Of a stretch of DNA of 64,000 nucleotides, positions 38,362-51,412 are shown piece after piece. A program made the translations under genes and the position numbers. This DNA is from Macrostomum lignano (lineage: Eukaryota): positions 62,001-126,000 of the forward strand of contig NIVC01001667.1 in assembly GCA_002269645.1 (NCBI GenBank), read 5' to 3'. The notes below the pieces were generated by a model. It did no database searches. It was not told where the DNA came from and saw nothing but the letters and a program-made list of their open reading frames with translations. Numbering within the stretch: position 1 is the first letter of the stretch; the number at the start of each line of letters is the position of its first letter.

Positions 38362-39359
38362 TTACCTACTACGTTGCCACCCAAATTGATTCACTGCTTA
38401 TTCTACCAAGTGATGACATAATATACAATTATTCCTGTCTAACCAAAAAATTTCTGCTCTCATCAGCATACATTTTTGTTCAACAAGCTTAAATCATTTC
38501 TCCCGATTGTTGAGAATCAGAACCTTATAGACTACTTATAATTCCCATTAGTAGTGCAACTGTTCCATGAATCGCAATTTTTGTTTTTAGACTATAGAAA
38601 ACCGTTTTATTTAATTAAATTAGCAATTGTCTTAAAAAATCACTGGAATTAAATTCGCGAACTAGATAAAATGTTAAATAGCTATACAATACAATTACAA
38701 CTTTTCAATGTGTGCTCTGAAAGACAGATGGATGTAAAATCTAAGGTTACAGGTTAATTACAAATGCAAGCCTTTGCAGCTAGCAAAACCTGATAACAGA
38801 CATCGGTTGGTCCCCCTCCATCTATCTAAATCCACAGGCATCCCCACGCGAGGGTTCTGATTCTTTTCTGAAGTCGCCAACTATTGCATAGGTAAGCTAG
38901 ACAGACAGACGCATAGATATTAAGGGTCATGGTTTGGTCTGTCTTGGTTCTGTCTGCAAAGGCAATGAATGGTTGGCAGAAAAAAAAACTTTACGAATGG
39001 AAGAAGGATAGAGAGGGGGAGTGGTTGGCGTAGGGGTGGGGTGGCATTAATTCACAGGTTACATTGTGGTAGTGGTAAGTGGTAACCTATATTACCTGGG
39101 CTAATAAAGCGTATAAATATAAACTATGCATGGTAAGCAGTACTAAGAGATTGGCTCGGTAAGGGAATTAAGAAAATGGAGGACAGAACAGAAAGAAAAG
39201 GGAAAATTAAGAGTTTTTGTTTGAGTCGGCAATTGGCATTGCCCTTATAGTTGCTGCCGCCACCAATTCATGCAGCAAGTCGAAGAAAGGGTTCGTTAGT
39301 CACGGAGTTCAAAGATTCTGAGTGGGATGCGGAAGGGTGGTACAGTGGTACTTGATTTG

Positions 39360-39767
39360 CCAGCACCAAGGGGCGCCAGCACCAAGGGGCGCCAGCACCA
39401 AGGGGCGCCAGCACCAAGGGGCGCCAGCACCAAGGGGCGCCAGCACCAAGGGGCGCCAGCACCAAGGGGCGCCAGCACCAAGGGGCGCCAGCACCAAGGG
39501 GCGCCAGCACCAAGGGGCGCCAGCACCAAGGGGCGCCAGCACCAAGGGGCGCCAGCACCAAGGGGCGCCAGCACCAAGGGGCGCCAGCACCAAGGGGCGC
39601 CAGCACCAAGGGGCGCCAGCACCAAGGGGCGCCAGCACCAAGGGGCGCCAGCACCAAGGGGCGCCAGCACCAAGGGGCGCCAGCACCAAGGGGCGCCAGC
39701 ACCAAGGGGCGCCAGCACCAAGGGGCGCCAGCACCAAGGGGCGCCAGCACCAAGGGGCGCCAGCACA
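39360..39767. repeat. 16-bp perfect minisatellite CCAGCACCAAGGGGCG, about 25 copies
   Basis: Reverse-complement relative of the 16009 array. Confidence 0.97.
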
Positions 39768-40799
39768 TAAAAATACCGTTTTTAGAATTCTATCCCTAAT
39801 TTAAAATGGAACAGACAGTTTCCACTCCAGATAGTAGTGAAATCTAGTAGTCCCTGTCTGGTGTGGTGGCGTAGCGTAAAAAAGCACTGCAAATCTGCAA
39901 TTGCATTGGCGCGTTGGCCCAGTCCAGCCGCGCGCGCCTGTGTGGCGGTAAAGATCAAAGAGAAGTTAGCTTTGGTCGGACGGGGAGAGGTTATAATGGA
40001 GCCTTGCGCGCAGAGGGGCGGTTGGCGGGTCGGGTGGGCTTATATGGGCGGGCCCCCTAAATTGGTTGAATTGAGAACAGTGGCCGGCGGCCGGTATTGT
40101 GAAAATTGTCCAGTGGCCATAATACTTTATCCTACTATATGTATATATAATACAATACTTCATTCGCGCCGACGCACACTAATATTGCACCACAAAATGC
40201 CCCCCAATACCACTTGAATTCGAATGCAATGCCACTCTCTCTGCATATGCAATTACATACAGCATTGCACTGGCTCTTTCTAAACACGCAAAAAAACAAT
40301 TAAAATTTTGCGACTCTTCTCAACTCAATTTAAAACAGTCTCACTAGTGGAAATGGTTTAAATAATAGCATTTTTGTTTAAATTTAACGCTTTTTTAATC
40401 GATTCAAATTTTCAATCAAATCACGTGTGGGTGTTGGCGTGTGGGACATGAGTTGAGAGTCGAGAGCTGAGCTGATCCCTTCCTTCATTTCTATTCTATT
40501 TTTGCCATTCATTGATTTGAGTAGATCATTGTCTCTACATTGTATCATTTCACATCACATTGTTGTAAACGATCAAATATGAATAAAAGAGGCCGGATCC
40601 CACATTCCCAACTCAAAATACACAGGCAAAGTTTTAGAAGTAGAAATAAAACTAGCAATCTTCGCCCCCCGATGGGGGACATCTGGATAGAATCTCTGTT
40701 CTCTACAAGTAACAAAAAGACAGCCAGAAAATCCTTCACAAAGACAACAGACAAACTGCTCAAATGAAGTGAATTGCAATAAGAAATCTTCCCAAGACC

Positions 40800-41420
40800 A
40801 CAAGCATCCCCCAGATAGCAAGCATTCCCCAGATAGCAAGCATCCCTCAAATAGCAAGCATCCCCAGATAGCAAGCATCCCCCAGATAGCAAGCATCCCC
40901 CAGATAGCAAGCATCCCCCAGATAGCAAACATCCCCCAGATAGCAAGCATCCCCCAGATAGCAAGCATTCCCCAGATAGCAAACATTCCCCAGATAGCAA
41001 GCATTCCCCAGATAGCAAGCATCCCTCAGATAGCAAGCATACCCCAAATAGCAAGCATCCCTCAGATAGCAAGCATCCCTCAGATAGCAAGCATCCCCAG
41101 ATAGCAAGCATCACTCAGATAGCAAGCATCCCTCAGATAGCAAGCATCCACCAGATAGCAAGCATCCCTCAGATAGCAAGCATCCCCAAATTGCAAGCAT
41201 CGCCCAGATAGCAAGCATCCCCCAGAAAGCAAGCATCCTCCAAATAGCAAGCATCCCCCAGATAGCAAGCATCACTCAGATAGCAAGCATCCCTCAGATA
41301 GCAAGCATCCACCAGATAGCAAGCATCCCTCAGATAGCAAGCATCCCCCAAATTGCAAGCATCGCCCAGATAGCAAGCATCCCCCAGAAAGCAAGCATCC
41401 CCCAAATAGCAACCATCCAC
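40800..41420. repeat. 18-bp minisatellite AGATAGCAAGCATCCCCC
   Basis: Includes a 161-bp block duplication. Confidence 0.94.
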
Positions 41421-41429
41421 CAGACAAAA

Positions 41430-44200
41430 AGTAGCTAGAGCGACAATTTCCTTAGCTTTATAGTGGCTCCTTTATATTGGCATGGCGCTTTATACCTTTA
41501 CATTTGAAATTGTATATCTTGAATGTTTGACATGGTGGCTCTTTTATGTTTGACATGGTGGCTCTTTATTGTTCGACATGGTGGCTTTTTTATGTTTGAC
41601 ATGGTGGCTCTTGTATGTTCGACATGGTGGCTCTTTTAATGGTCGACATGGTGGCTCTTTAATGTTCTTCATGTTGGCTCTTTTATGTTTGACATGCTGG
41701 CTTTTTTATGTTTGACATGGTGGCTCTTTTATGTTCGACATGGTGGCTCTTTTATGTTCTACATGGCTGCTCTTTTATGTTCGACATGGTGGCTCTTGTA
41801 TGTTCGACATGGTCGCTCTTTTGGGTTTGAAATGGTGGCTCTTTAATATTTGACAAGGTGGCCCTTTAATGTTTAACATGGTGGCTCTTTAAATTTCGAA
41901 ATGGTGGCTCCTTAATTTTCGAAATGGTGGCTGTTTTATGTTTGACATGGTGGCTCTTTAATGTTCGACATGGTGGCTCTTTAATGTTCTTAATGGTGTC
42001 TGTTTTATGTTTGACATGGTGGCTCTTTATTGTTCGACATGGTGGCTCTTTAATTTTCGAAATGGTGGCTGTTTTATGTTTGACATGGTGGCTCTTTAAT
42101 ATTTGACAAGGTGGCCCTTTAATGTTTAACATGGTGGCTCTTTAATTTTCGAAATGGTGGCTCCTTAATTTTCGAAATGGTGGCTCTTTTATGTTTGACA
42201 TGGTGGCTCTTTAATGTTCGACATGGTGGCTCTTTAATGTTCGACATGGTGGCTCTTTAATGTTCTTAATGGTGTCTGTTTTATGTTCGACATGGTGGCT
42301 CTTTTATGTTCGACATGGTGGCTCTTTAATGTTCGACATGGTGGCTCATTTAGGTTTGAAATGGTGGCTCTTTAATGTTTGACATTGTGGCTCTTTAATA
42401 TTGGACAAGGTGGCTCTTTAATGTTCGACATGGTGGCTCCTTAATTTTCGAAATGGTGGCTCCTTAATTTTCGAAATGGTGGCTGCTTTATGTTTGACAT
42501 GGTGGCTCTTTAATGTTTGACATGGTAACTCTTTTATGTTTGATATGGTGGCTCTTTTATGTTCGACATGGTGGCTCTTTAATGTTCGACATGGTGGCTC
42601 CTTTAGGTTTGAAATGGTGGCTCTTTAATGTTTGACATTGTGGCTCTTTTATGTTCGACATGGTGGCTCTTTTAGGTTTGACATGGTGACTCTTAAATGT
42701 TTGACATGGTGGCTCTTTAATGTTTCACATGGTGGCTCTTTAATATTTGACATAAAGTCACATATATGTTTGACATGGTGGCTCCTAAATGTTTGACATG
42801 GTGGCTCTTTAATGTTCGACATGGTGGCTCCTTAATTTTCGAAATGGTGGCTCCTTAATTTTCGAAATGGTGGCTGCTTTATGTTTGACATGGTGGCTCT
42901 TTAATGTTTGACATGGTAACTCTTTTATGTTTGATATGGTGGCTCTTTTATGTTCGACATGGTGGCTCTTTAATGTTCGACATGGTGGCTCCTTTAGGTT
43001 TGAAATGGTGGCTCTTTAATGTTTGACATTGTGGCTCTTTTATGTTCGACATGGTGGCTCTTTTAGGTTTGACATGGTGACTCTTAAATGTTTGACATGG
43101 TGGCTCTTTAATGTTTCACATGGTGGCTCTTTAATATTTGACATAAAGTCACATATATGTTTGACATGGTGGCTCCTAAATGTTTGACATGGTGGCTCTT
43201 TATGTTTGACATGGTGGCTCTTTTATGTTCGACATGGTGGATCTTTTTTGTTCTACATGGTAACTCTTTTATGTTTGATACGGTGGCTTTTGAATGTCTG
43301 ACATGTTGGCTCTTTTATGTTTGACATCGTGGCTCTTAATTGTTTGACATAGTGGCTCTTTAATGTTCAAAATGGTGGCTCTTTAATGTTCGAAATGGTG
43401 GCTCTTTAATGTTCGAAATGGTGGCTGTTTTATGTTTGACATGGTGGCTCTTTTATGTTTGACATGGTGGCTCTTTAATGTTCGACATGGTAGCTCTTTA
43501 ATGTTCGACATGGTAGCTCTTTTATGTTTGACATGGTAACTCTTTTATGTTCGATATGTTGGCTCTTCTATGTTTGACATTGCGCTTCTTTGATGTTTAG
43601 CAGTTTTGTGTGTTTTTAAGGTGTTTTAATAAAAAAATCTTTTTGCACTACTATGATTCGAACCCAGGTCGCTACATTAGCATTCCAGTCTGTTCGCATC
43701 AGGGCTATCTCTTTTCAATTGGAGAACATGAATTGTGGCCCTTATAATTCAATTCTTACAGCAAGTCAATTGGAGTAAAAAGTTATGACATAATCAATTT
43801 CTCAGTCAGCCAGTATCAGTCTCAATTTAAGTTAGCAATATGGTTACGCAATTTAAATCAAGTCGTGTGTGCATTTCTTCGGTACTGTTTTTAACTTGTT
43901 GTGATGCAATCTTTATCACAATCGGAATTCAGTCAGTCAGTTTTTTCTCTAGCATTCTTACAATGCATTTCAGGTCGAAAGAGCTGCTTGACCTTTGCAA
44001 AAAAGCATGTTTTTCGAATATTTAATCCCTTTAAAATTGAGCAATTTCTTAGCCAAGATGCATGTACCGTCCCAGGAAAATTTCTGATCGAATGGTGCAA
44101 GTTTGAAGAAAATCGGTTGAGCCATTTTTTCTGAAATCTATCGCATACCTACCTACCTACCTACCCACAGACAACTCATTTTTAGTATATAGGAAGTAGT
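41430..44200. mobile_element. Possible non-autonomous Helitron/Helentron-like element with central tandem array
   Basis: Central 21/22-bp array, then CAAGTTTGAAGAAAATCGGTTGAGCC, (TACC)n, TTTAGTATATAG and hairpin AGTCG-gca-CGACT. This layout recalls HINE/DINE-like elements; termini not pinned down. Confidence 0.4.
41520..43580. repeat. 21/22-bp satellite-like array TTTAATGTTYGACATGGTGGCTC
   Basis: About 95 units; 391-bp higher-order duplication. Confidence 0.96.
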
Positions 44201-46167
44201 CGGCACGACTCCCCGGATTGGATTGGCACACCGCCATATCAGAATCAGACTCAAAACATGCAGACTTTGCGTCTGAAAGACACAAACATGAGACGATATA
44301 GCAACAAGGCAAGATCAGACTTAGATCTCAAACAAGACAAAATCTTGGTTGATTCTTTCTCATACAGTACAGACGTACAGAGGATTTCTGTTGCATTGTG
44401 CTTTTCTTCTTTCTGCCAAATTCTTTTCTAACTAACAAAACACGATAAAAATCGTGTAAAATGTAAACATTTACATCTTAATTTACATTGAACATAAAAA
44501 TTCTGTATCATATACGTGATTGTCGTCAATTTGAGATTAATAGGAGGTAGTAGCTAGTAGTTGATCATTTCTGTAGGATTAGATTCAAAACCAAATTCAA
44601 AATTCAAAACCAACAACATGTTCGTTCGGAAAAGGACAAGTGTCCTTGTCTTCTTTAGTCTAGTCTCTCGGACCGAGCTCCGAACTAACAATTTACTTTT
44701 ACACAGACACAACACAACACAATACAACCCACACTTCGCCTACTACTTACTGGCCATTAGTATGGGCCACCCACTGGCAATGGCCCCTCTTATCCCAGTT
44801 TTTTTCGGAAACGAAAACCAGCCCCACTCTCTCGGACGCGGGGGGATGGGGCTCGACCGTATGTGTGTGTGGGGGGGGGGGTGGTTGACTTTTATGACCT
44901 TCCCCGTCCCGGCCCGAGCCACTGGTAAAGTTATTGCCTCCCTCAGCTAAAAGGCGCAACCCCGAACCCCAACCCAACCCCTTACCCAGACGGAAAGTAA
45001 AAATAAACTCAGTTAAGGTTGAAACGATAACTTTTTTCAGCTTTATCCCTTTCTCGAGTCATCATCATTCTCATTATTAAAAGCGGCGTAAAGTTTCTAC
45101 GTAAACTATTAAAAGCAAAGCAACGTGACAGTCCGAATATCAGTGTGAAATTAATGAATGAAAGACTACCTTATTATGTAATTAAATTTTAATTTACCTT
45201 TATCTAATTAGAACAAAAATGAATAAAGCAACCAAACCGTCCTGAAAAAAAAACTGTAAATTAGACAGACTACTTCAAACTTGATGACGAGGTAAATCGC
45301 TTTCGAATTCGGATTTAAAATTGTCACTAATCACTAGATCGTATTGAGAGATTTTAAAGTATAAACCACCAATGGTACATATTTAGCACTCCATATACAT
45401 GGCTTTTGTTAATTAAGTAATTAAGAAAAAGCATCTGAGAGTCTGAGCTGAGCAAACCTTATTTAACTCTTCTCTCAGTCTCACCTGGCCTCACAAAGTC
45501 AAATTTTAATTCGGCTTTTTGAGTGAGTAAATTATGAAGATCTTAATTGTGACCGGATTGTGCCATGTGCTGTGCTCTCTATCTCTGGAGTCTGGGAGCC
45601 ATCTACTGTAATTATTATAAAACAGTAACGTAACTTATAATATAAATACAACACATTGCTCGCTTTGTCACACTTAATCAGGCTATATTATTAAATTAGT
45701 TTGGTTGGCGGTAAAAACGGGTGGGGTACTGGGTAGGTGGCGGAAAAAGGCCAAAGGCGCGGCTTCGTTTGAAGTTGTTTAAAGAATTAGAATTTTAGCG
45801 CGGCGTAAAACGGTGCTGTAATAAATACAATGCATTTTCAACCGCCAACCAGTTACCAAAGTGGGTCCATTTTCAATGATCAATGGTCGTGTAAATTGTG
45901 AGTGCAGATGCAGATAATATAAATATTATGCTCGGACTATAATTCAGCGGCATCAAGTTTATTAACTTTCTAATGTTTCCTTCAGAAGTGCGCGATACCA
46001 GACTTAAGCAGGTGCAGTGTCTGTGCAGTTGTAACTGCTGTAGTTACTATATGCAGTTCTTACGAGTACATTAGTTTAGTGCAGTGTCGTATCCAAGGTT
46101 TTTCCCTGGGGGGGGGGGGGGCAGCCGACACCCGCTAAATCCATAAGTGTTGTAGAGATACAAAACT

Positions 46168-47897
46168 ACCAGAGTTTAAAACTACAAAATTCATGTACAC
46201 GACAAGCTGTATCAATAATGCACAAGATTACATGATGCACGAGTATTGAGAACACGCAACAGTACTCCTTGCATCTGCATCTCCCATCCTGCATCTCACC
46301 CTGGCCTCCCTCTGCATCTCTATGCGTCTCACTCTCCCATCCCTCTGCATCTCATCCTAGCATCCCTCTGTATCTCATCCTAGCATCCATCTGCATCTCC
46401 ATCTCCCATCCTTCTGCATCTCACCCTGGCCTCCCTCTGCATCTCTATGCGTCTCACTCTCCCATCCCTCTGCATCTCATCCTAGCATCCCTCTGTATCT
46501 CATCCTAGCATCCCTCTGCATCTCACCCTATACTATCCTTCTGTATCTCATCCTAGCATCCCTCTGCATCTCACCCTATACTATCCCTCTGCATCTCATC
46601 CTAGCATCCCTCTGTATCTCATCCTAGCATCCATCTGCATCTCCATCTCCCATCCTTCTGCATCTCACCCTGGCATCCCTCTGCATCTCTATGCGTCTCA
46701 CTCTACCATCCCTCTGCATCTCATCCTAGCATCCCTCTGTATCTCATCCTAGCATCCCTCTGCATCTCACCCTATACTATCCTTCTGTATCTCATCCTAG
46801 CATCCATCTGCATCTCCATCTCCCATCCCTCTGCATCTCATCCTAGCATCCCTCTGCATCTCATCCTAGCATCCATCTGCATCTCCATCTCCCATCCCTC
46901 TGCATCTCATCCTAGCATCCCTCTGTATCTCATCCTAGCATCCATCTGCATCTCCATCTCCCATCCCTCTGCATCTCATCCTAGCATCCCTCTGCATCTC
47001 ATCCTAGCATCCCTCTGCATCTCGCCCTACCATCTCTCTGCATCTCACCCTACCATCTCTCTGCATCTCACCCTACCATCCCTCTGCATCTCACCCTACC
47101 CTCCCTCTGCATCTCACCCTACCATTCCTCTGCATCTCACCCTACCATTCCTCTGCATCTCACCCTACCCTCCCTCTGCATCTCACCCTACCATTCCTCT
47201 GCATCTCACCCTACCATTCCTCTGCATCTCACCCTACCCTCCCTCTGCATCTCACCCTACCATTCCTCTGCATCTCACCCTACCCTCCCTCTGCATCTCA
47301 CCCTACCATTCCTCTGCATCTTACCCTCCCATTCCTCTGCATCTCACCCTACCCTCCCTCTGCATCTCACCCTACCATTCCTCTGCATCTTACCCTCCCA
47401 TTCCTCTGCATCTCACCCTACCCTCCCTCTGCATCTCACCCTACCATTCCTCTGCATCTTACCCTCCCTCATCACTCACCTCTCTATTAATTGCATTTCA
47501 CTTCTAAGATAAACGCGCATGGGAAAAAAACAAAATCTTAAATATAAATCAGTCAGTATTATTTCAAACAATTAAAACTTTAGCTTTAATAACAAAACTA
47601 AACTAAAGTTTATGAAACAGTAACAAACAATATTATTATGTGTATGAAATGAAACAGAGTTTCTATATTATTCAATATACATGTCGAATAGCTTTGCCTT
47701 AGGACAGATTACAGAAACAATGCAATAGTCGAGGAGTAAAAAGGCGAGTTGCATCAGAAGGAGAGAAGGAGTGGACTATAATATTCATAATTATAGGCGA
47801 GCACATGAGTGGATTTTAATCAGATTTCCATACACACACAAGACACAGAAGGTGGCAATAACCATGCATGGTCAAACCGAATTTTCGAATATTTCTT
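46168..47897 (+). repeat. Direct repeat copy 1 (~1.7 kb) flanking the LINE; includes a CATCTC/CATCCC minisatellite at about 46270-47470
   Basis: Near-identical to 49746-51412 (identical ORFs at 46269 and 49847, offset 3578). Confidence 0.95.
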
Positions 47898-49745
47898 CGA
47901 AAATCAAAGTCGTCTTCAAAGTCGGGTATGCTGATGACGTCACGGCCATTGTGGCAGGACCGTCTCCCAGCACGCTCAGGGATCTGATGCAGAGCTTTAT
48001 CCGCAAAGCAGAATCCTGGGCCAATGACAATGGTTTGGAACTCTCTGAGCCCAAAACCGTTGCCATTATGTTTACCAGCAGACTACGCTGGAACATACGT
48101 CCTCTGCAGCTCTACGGCAGAGATATTGCCTTCGCGCACCAGACCAGATGTCTCGGGGTCACACTTGACCACCGGCTCAACTGGTCCTTCCACGTGAAAG
48201 CAAAAGCTAAGCGTGCCTCAGCCATCCTGGCCCAGCTCCGACGAGCACTTGGCACTTCTTGGGGTCTATCCCAAAGCGGCTTTGGTGGATCTATACTTCC
48301 GTAGTTAGACCTGCCATTACGTACGCCTCTGTTGTCTGGGTTAGCGCTACCCAGGTCAAAAGCCATGCAGACCTGCTCAACACGATCCAAGGCAGAGCGT
48401 GTAGGCTCATCTGCAACGCCACCAGGTCCACGCCCTTTGCTGGCATGGGGGCCTTTCTTAATCTTCCGCCTCTTGACCTCTTCATCAGGGGTGAGGCGGC
48501 TAGAACGACGCGGCGTCTAATTGATGCCGGCGTCAAATTCATTTACATGAGAGCACCTGCTAAGCGGAACCTTGTCCCGCATAGCGATCTGTGCCTCAAC
48601 TTTCTCAACGAGTGTCAGGCCAATCGCGTCTTCACCGATGGCATTGCCTCAACGCTCAACCTGAGACAGCGCTACTCCGTAGCTATCGACTCGCGCGATA
48701 ACATCAATGACCATTGGAACCCTGGTGAGCTTCATTGCTACACCGACGGTTCTAAGCAGTCAGCCAACACCGGCTTTGGTGTTGGAATCTTTCTGAACGG
48801 GAGGGTCATCGCTACCCACGCTCAATACACTGGGGTCAACTCCAGTGTTTTCCAAAATGAAGTTCTGGCCATCAGCTCCTGCACTGCAGAGCTTCTCGCC
48901 ACTGGCGTTACTGGTAAGAACATCATTTTCCATTCGGACAGCCAAGCTGCCTTGCACGCCATCAGTGGCTGCAGCACCAACTCTGCTACAGTCCTTGACT
49001 GTATCAAACTCCTCAATGTGTTGGGTTCCGCCAACAAAATTACCCTTAAGTGGGTTCCGGGGCATGTGGGGATCCGAGGAAATGAGTTGGCTGACACCCT
49101 TGCAAAAGTTGGTGCCTCCGGCTCCTCTCTCGGCCCCGAACCTCTTGTCCCGATTCCTGGCTGTGTCATCGACTCGCGCATCAAAGCGTGGATCAGGACT
49201 CAGCACCGCTCGACTTGGGCGAACCGCACGAACTGCAGGCAATCCAGAGGCGCTGTCCCTCAGCCCTCTCACCAGCTCCGGAAGCTCCTCTTGCGCCTCT
49301 CGCGCAGAGACATCCGGGCTGCCACCATGACCCTCTCTGGTCACGGCTGCTTCTCCAGGCACCAGTACCTGCAGGGCAACGCCACCAACGCCACCTGTAG
49401 TTTCTGCAACTCAGGTGACGAAACCGCTGAGCATTTCGTCAGCATCTGTCCCGCCTTCACGCGGGCCAGACTCACTTACCTCGGGCCACACACATCTATT
49501 ACTGAAGCGTGCAAACCCGAAAACTTTAATCAGCTCATGCGCTACCTTCGGGCCACCCGCAGGGCTGAACTCTCCTTTCCAGAGAGCACCATAGCTGCTG
49601 GCGACACTGGGGGACCTCCCTGGGCGGCGCCAACCCTCCGTCCATAGCGACGCGTCGGCCGTTCAGGGACTAGCGGAATGGGCGCCCGCGCCTTCCCGCT
49701 GTGTCCCCTCCGGGACAGCCCTGCAGCTAAGTCAAGTAAGTCAAG
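47898..49745 (+). mobile_element. 5'-truncated non-LTR retrotransposon (LOA/R1-like clade with RNase H)
   Basis: Starts at the RT YADD motif; RNase H (YTDGSK, NEVLAI, SDSQAAL, WVPGHVGIRGNELADTLAK); C-terminal GH...C..C...H..C knuckle; 3' hairpin TGTCCC-ctcc-GGGACA; tail (TAAGTCAAG)2. No integrase or gag. One -1 frameshift at about 48270. Confidence 0.93.
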
Positions 49746-51412
49746 ACCAGAGTTTAAAACTACAAAATTCATGTACACGACAAGCTGTATCAATAATGCA
49801 CAAGATTACATGATGCACGAGTATTGAGAACACGCAACAGTACTCCTTGCATCTGCATCTCCCATCCTGCATCTCACCCTGGCCTCCCTCTGCATCTCTA
49901 TGCGTCTCACTCTCCCATCCCTCTGCATCTCATCCTAGCATCCCTCTGTATCTCATCCTAGCATCCATCTGCATCTCCATCTCCCATCCTTCTGCATCTC
50001 ACCCTGGCCTCCCTCTGCATCTCTATGCGTCTCACTCTCCCATCCCTCTGCATCTCATCCTAGCATCCCTCTGTATCTCATCCTAGCATCCCTCTGCATC
50101 TCACCCTATACTATCCTTCTGTATCTCATCCTAGCATCCCTCTGCATCTCACCCTATACTATCCCTCTGCATCTCATCCTAGCATCCCTCTGTATCTCAT
50201 CCTAGCATCCATCTGCATCTCCATCTCCCATCCTTCTGCATCTCACCCTGGCATCCCTCTGCATCTCTATGCGTCTCACTCTACCATCCCTCTGCATCTC
50301 ATCCTAGCATCCCTCTGTATCTCATCCTAGCATCCCTCTGCATCTCACCCTATACTATCCTTCTGTATCTCATCCTAGCATCCATCTGCATCTCCATCTC
50401 CCATCCCTCTGCATCTCATCCTAGCATCCCTCTGCATCTCATCCTAGCATCCATCTGCATCTCCATCTCCCATCCCTCTGCATCTCATCCTAGCATCCCT
50501 CTGTATCTCATCCTAGCATCCATCTGCATCTCCATCTCCCATCCCTCTGCATCTCATCCTAGCATCCCTCTGCATCTCATCCTAGCATCCCTCTGCATCT
50601 CGCCCTACCATCTCTCTGCATCTCACCCTACCATCTCTCTGCATCTCACCCTACCATCCCTCTGCATCTCACCCTACCCTCCCTCTGCATCTCACCCTAC
50701 CATTCCTCTGCATCTCACCCTACCATTCCTCTGCATCTCACCCTACCCTCCCTCTGCATCTCACCCTACCATTCCTCTGCATCTCACCCTACCATTCCTC
50801 TGCATCTCACCCTACCCTCCCTCTGCATCTCACCCTACCATTCCTCTGCATCTCACCCTACCCTCCCTCTGCATCTCACCCTACCATTCCTCTGCATCTT
50901 ACCCTCCCATTCCTCTGCATCTCACCCTACCCTCCCTCTGCATCTCACCCTACCATTCCTCTGCATCTTACCCTCCCTCATCACTCACCTCTCTATTAAT
51001 TGCATTTCACTTCTAAGATAAACGCGCATGGGAAAAAAACAAAATCTTAAATATAAATCAGTCAGTATTATTTCAAACAATTAAAACTTTAGCTTTAATA
51101 ACAAAACTAAACTAAAGTTTATGAAACAGTAACAAACAATATTATTATGTGTATGAAATGAAACAGAGTTTCTATATTATTCAATATACATGTCGAATAG
51201 CTTTGCCTTAGGACAGATTACAGAAACAATGCAATAGTCGAGGAGTAAAAAGGCGAGTTGTCGGAGTTGCATCAGGAGAGAAGGAGTGGACTATAATATT
51301 CATAATTATAGGCGAGCACATGAGTGGATTTTAATCAGATTTCCATACACACACAAGACACAGAAGGTGGCAATAACCATGCATGGTCAAACCGAATTTT
51401 CGAATATTTCTT
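49746..51412 (+). repeat. Direct repeat copy 2 flanking the LINE
   Basis: Differs from copy 1 by three fewer 23-bp units, a 9-bp insertion and a 3-bp deletion near 51260-51280. Confidence 0.95.

Noticed and set aside
43640-43720. tRNA gene on the minus strand
   Set aside because: Only a B-box-like GGTTCGAATC; I could not fold a convincing cloverleaf.
38400-46100. Xlox or Gsx homeobox expected next to Cdx
   Set aside because: No WFQN or other homeodomain fragment seen in the ORF track or on manual reading; very short exons cannot be excluded.
47771-47897. N-terminal part of ORF 47771-48304 as RT coding sequence
   Set aside because: It is duplicated host sequence in frame with the RT fragment by chance; the same sequence at about 51290-51412 is followed by a stop.
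46168-51412. LTR retrotransposon interpretation of the long direct repeats
   Set aside because: No TG...CA ends, PBS, PPT, gag, protease or integrase; the internal part is a truncated LINE with its own 3' tail.
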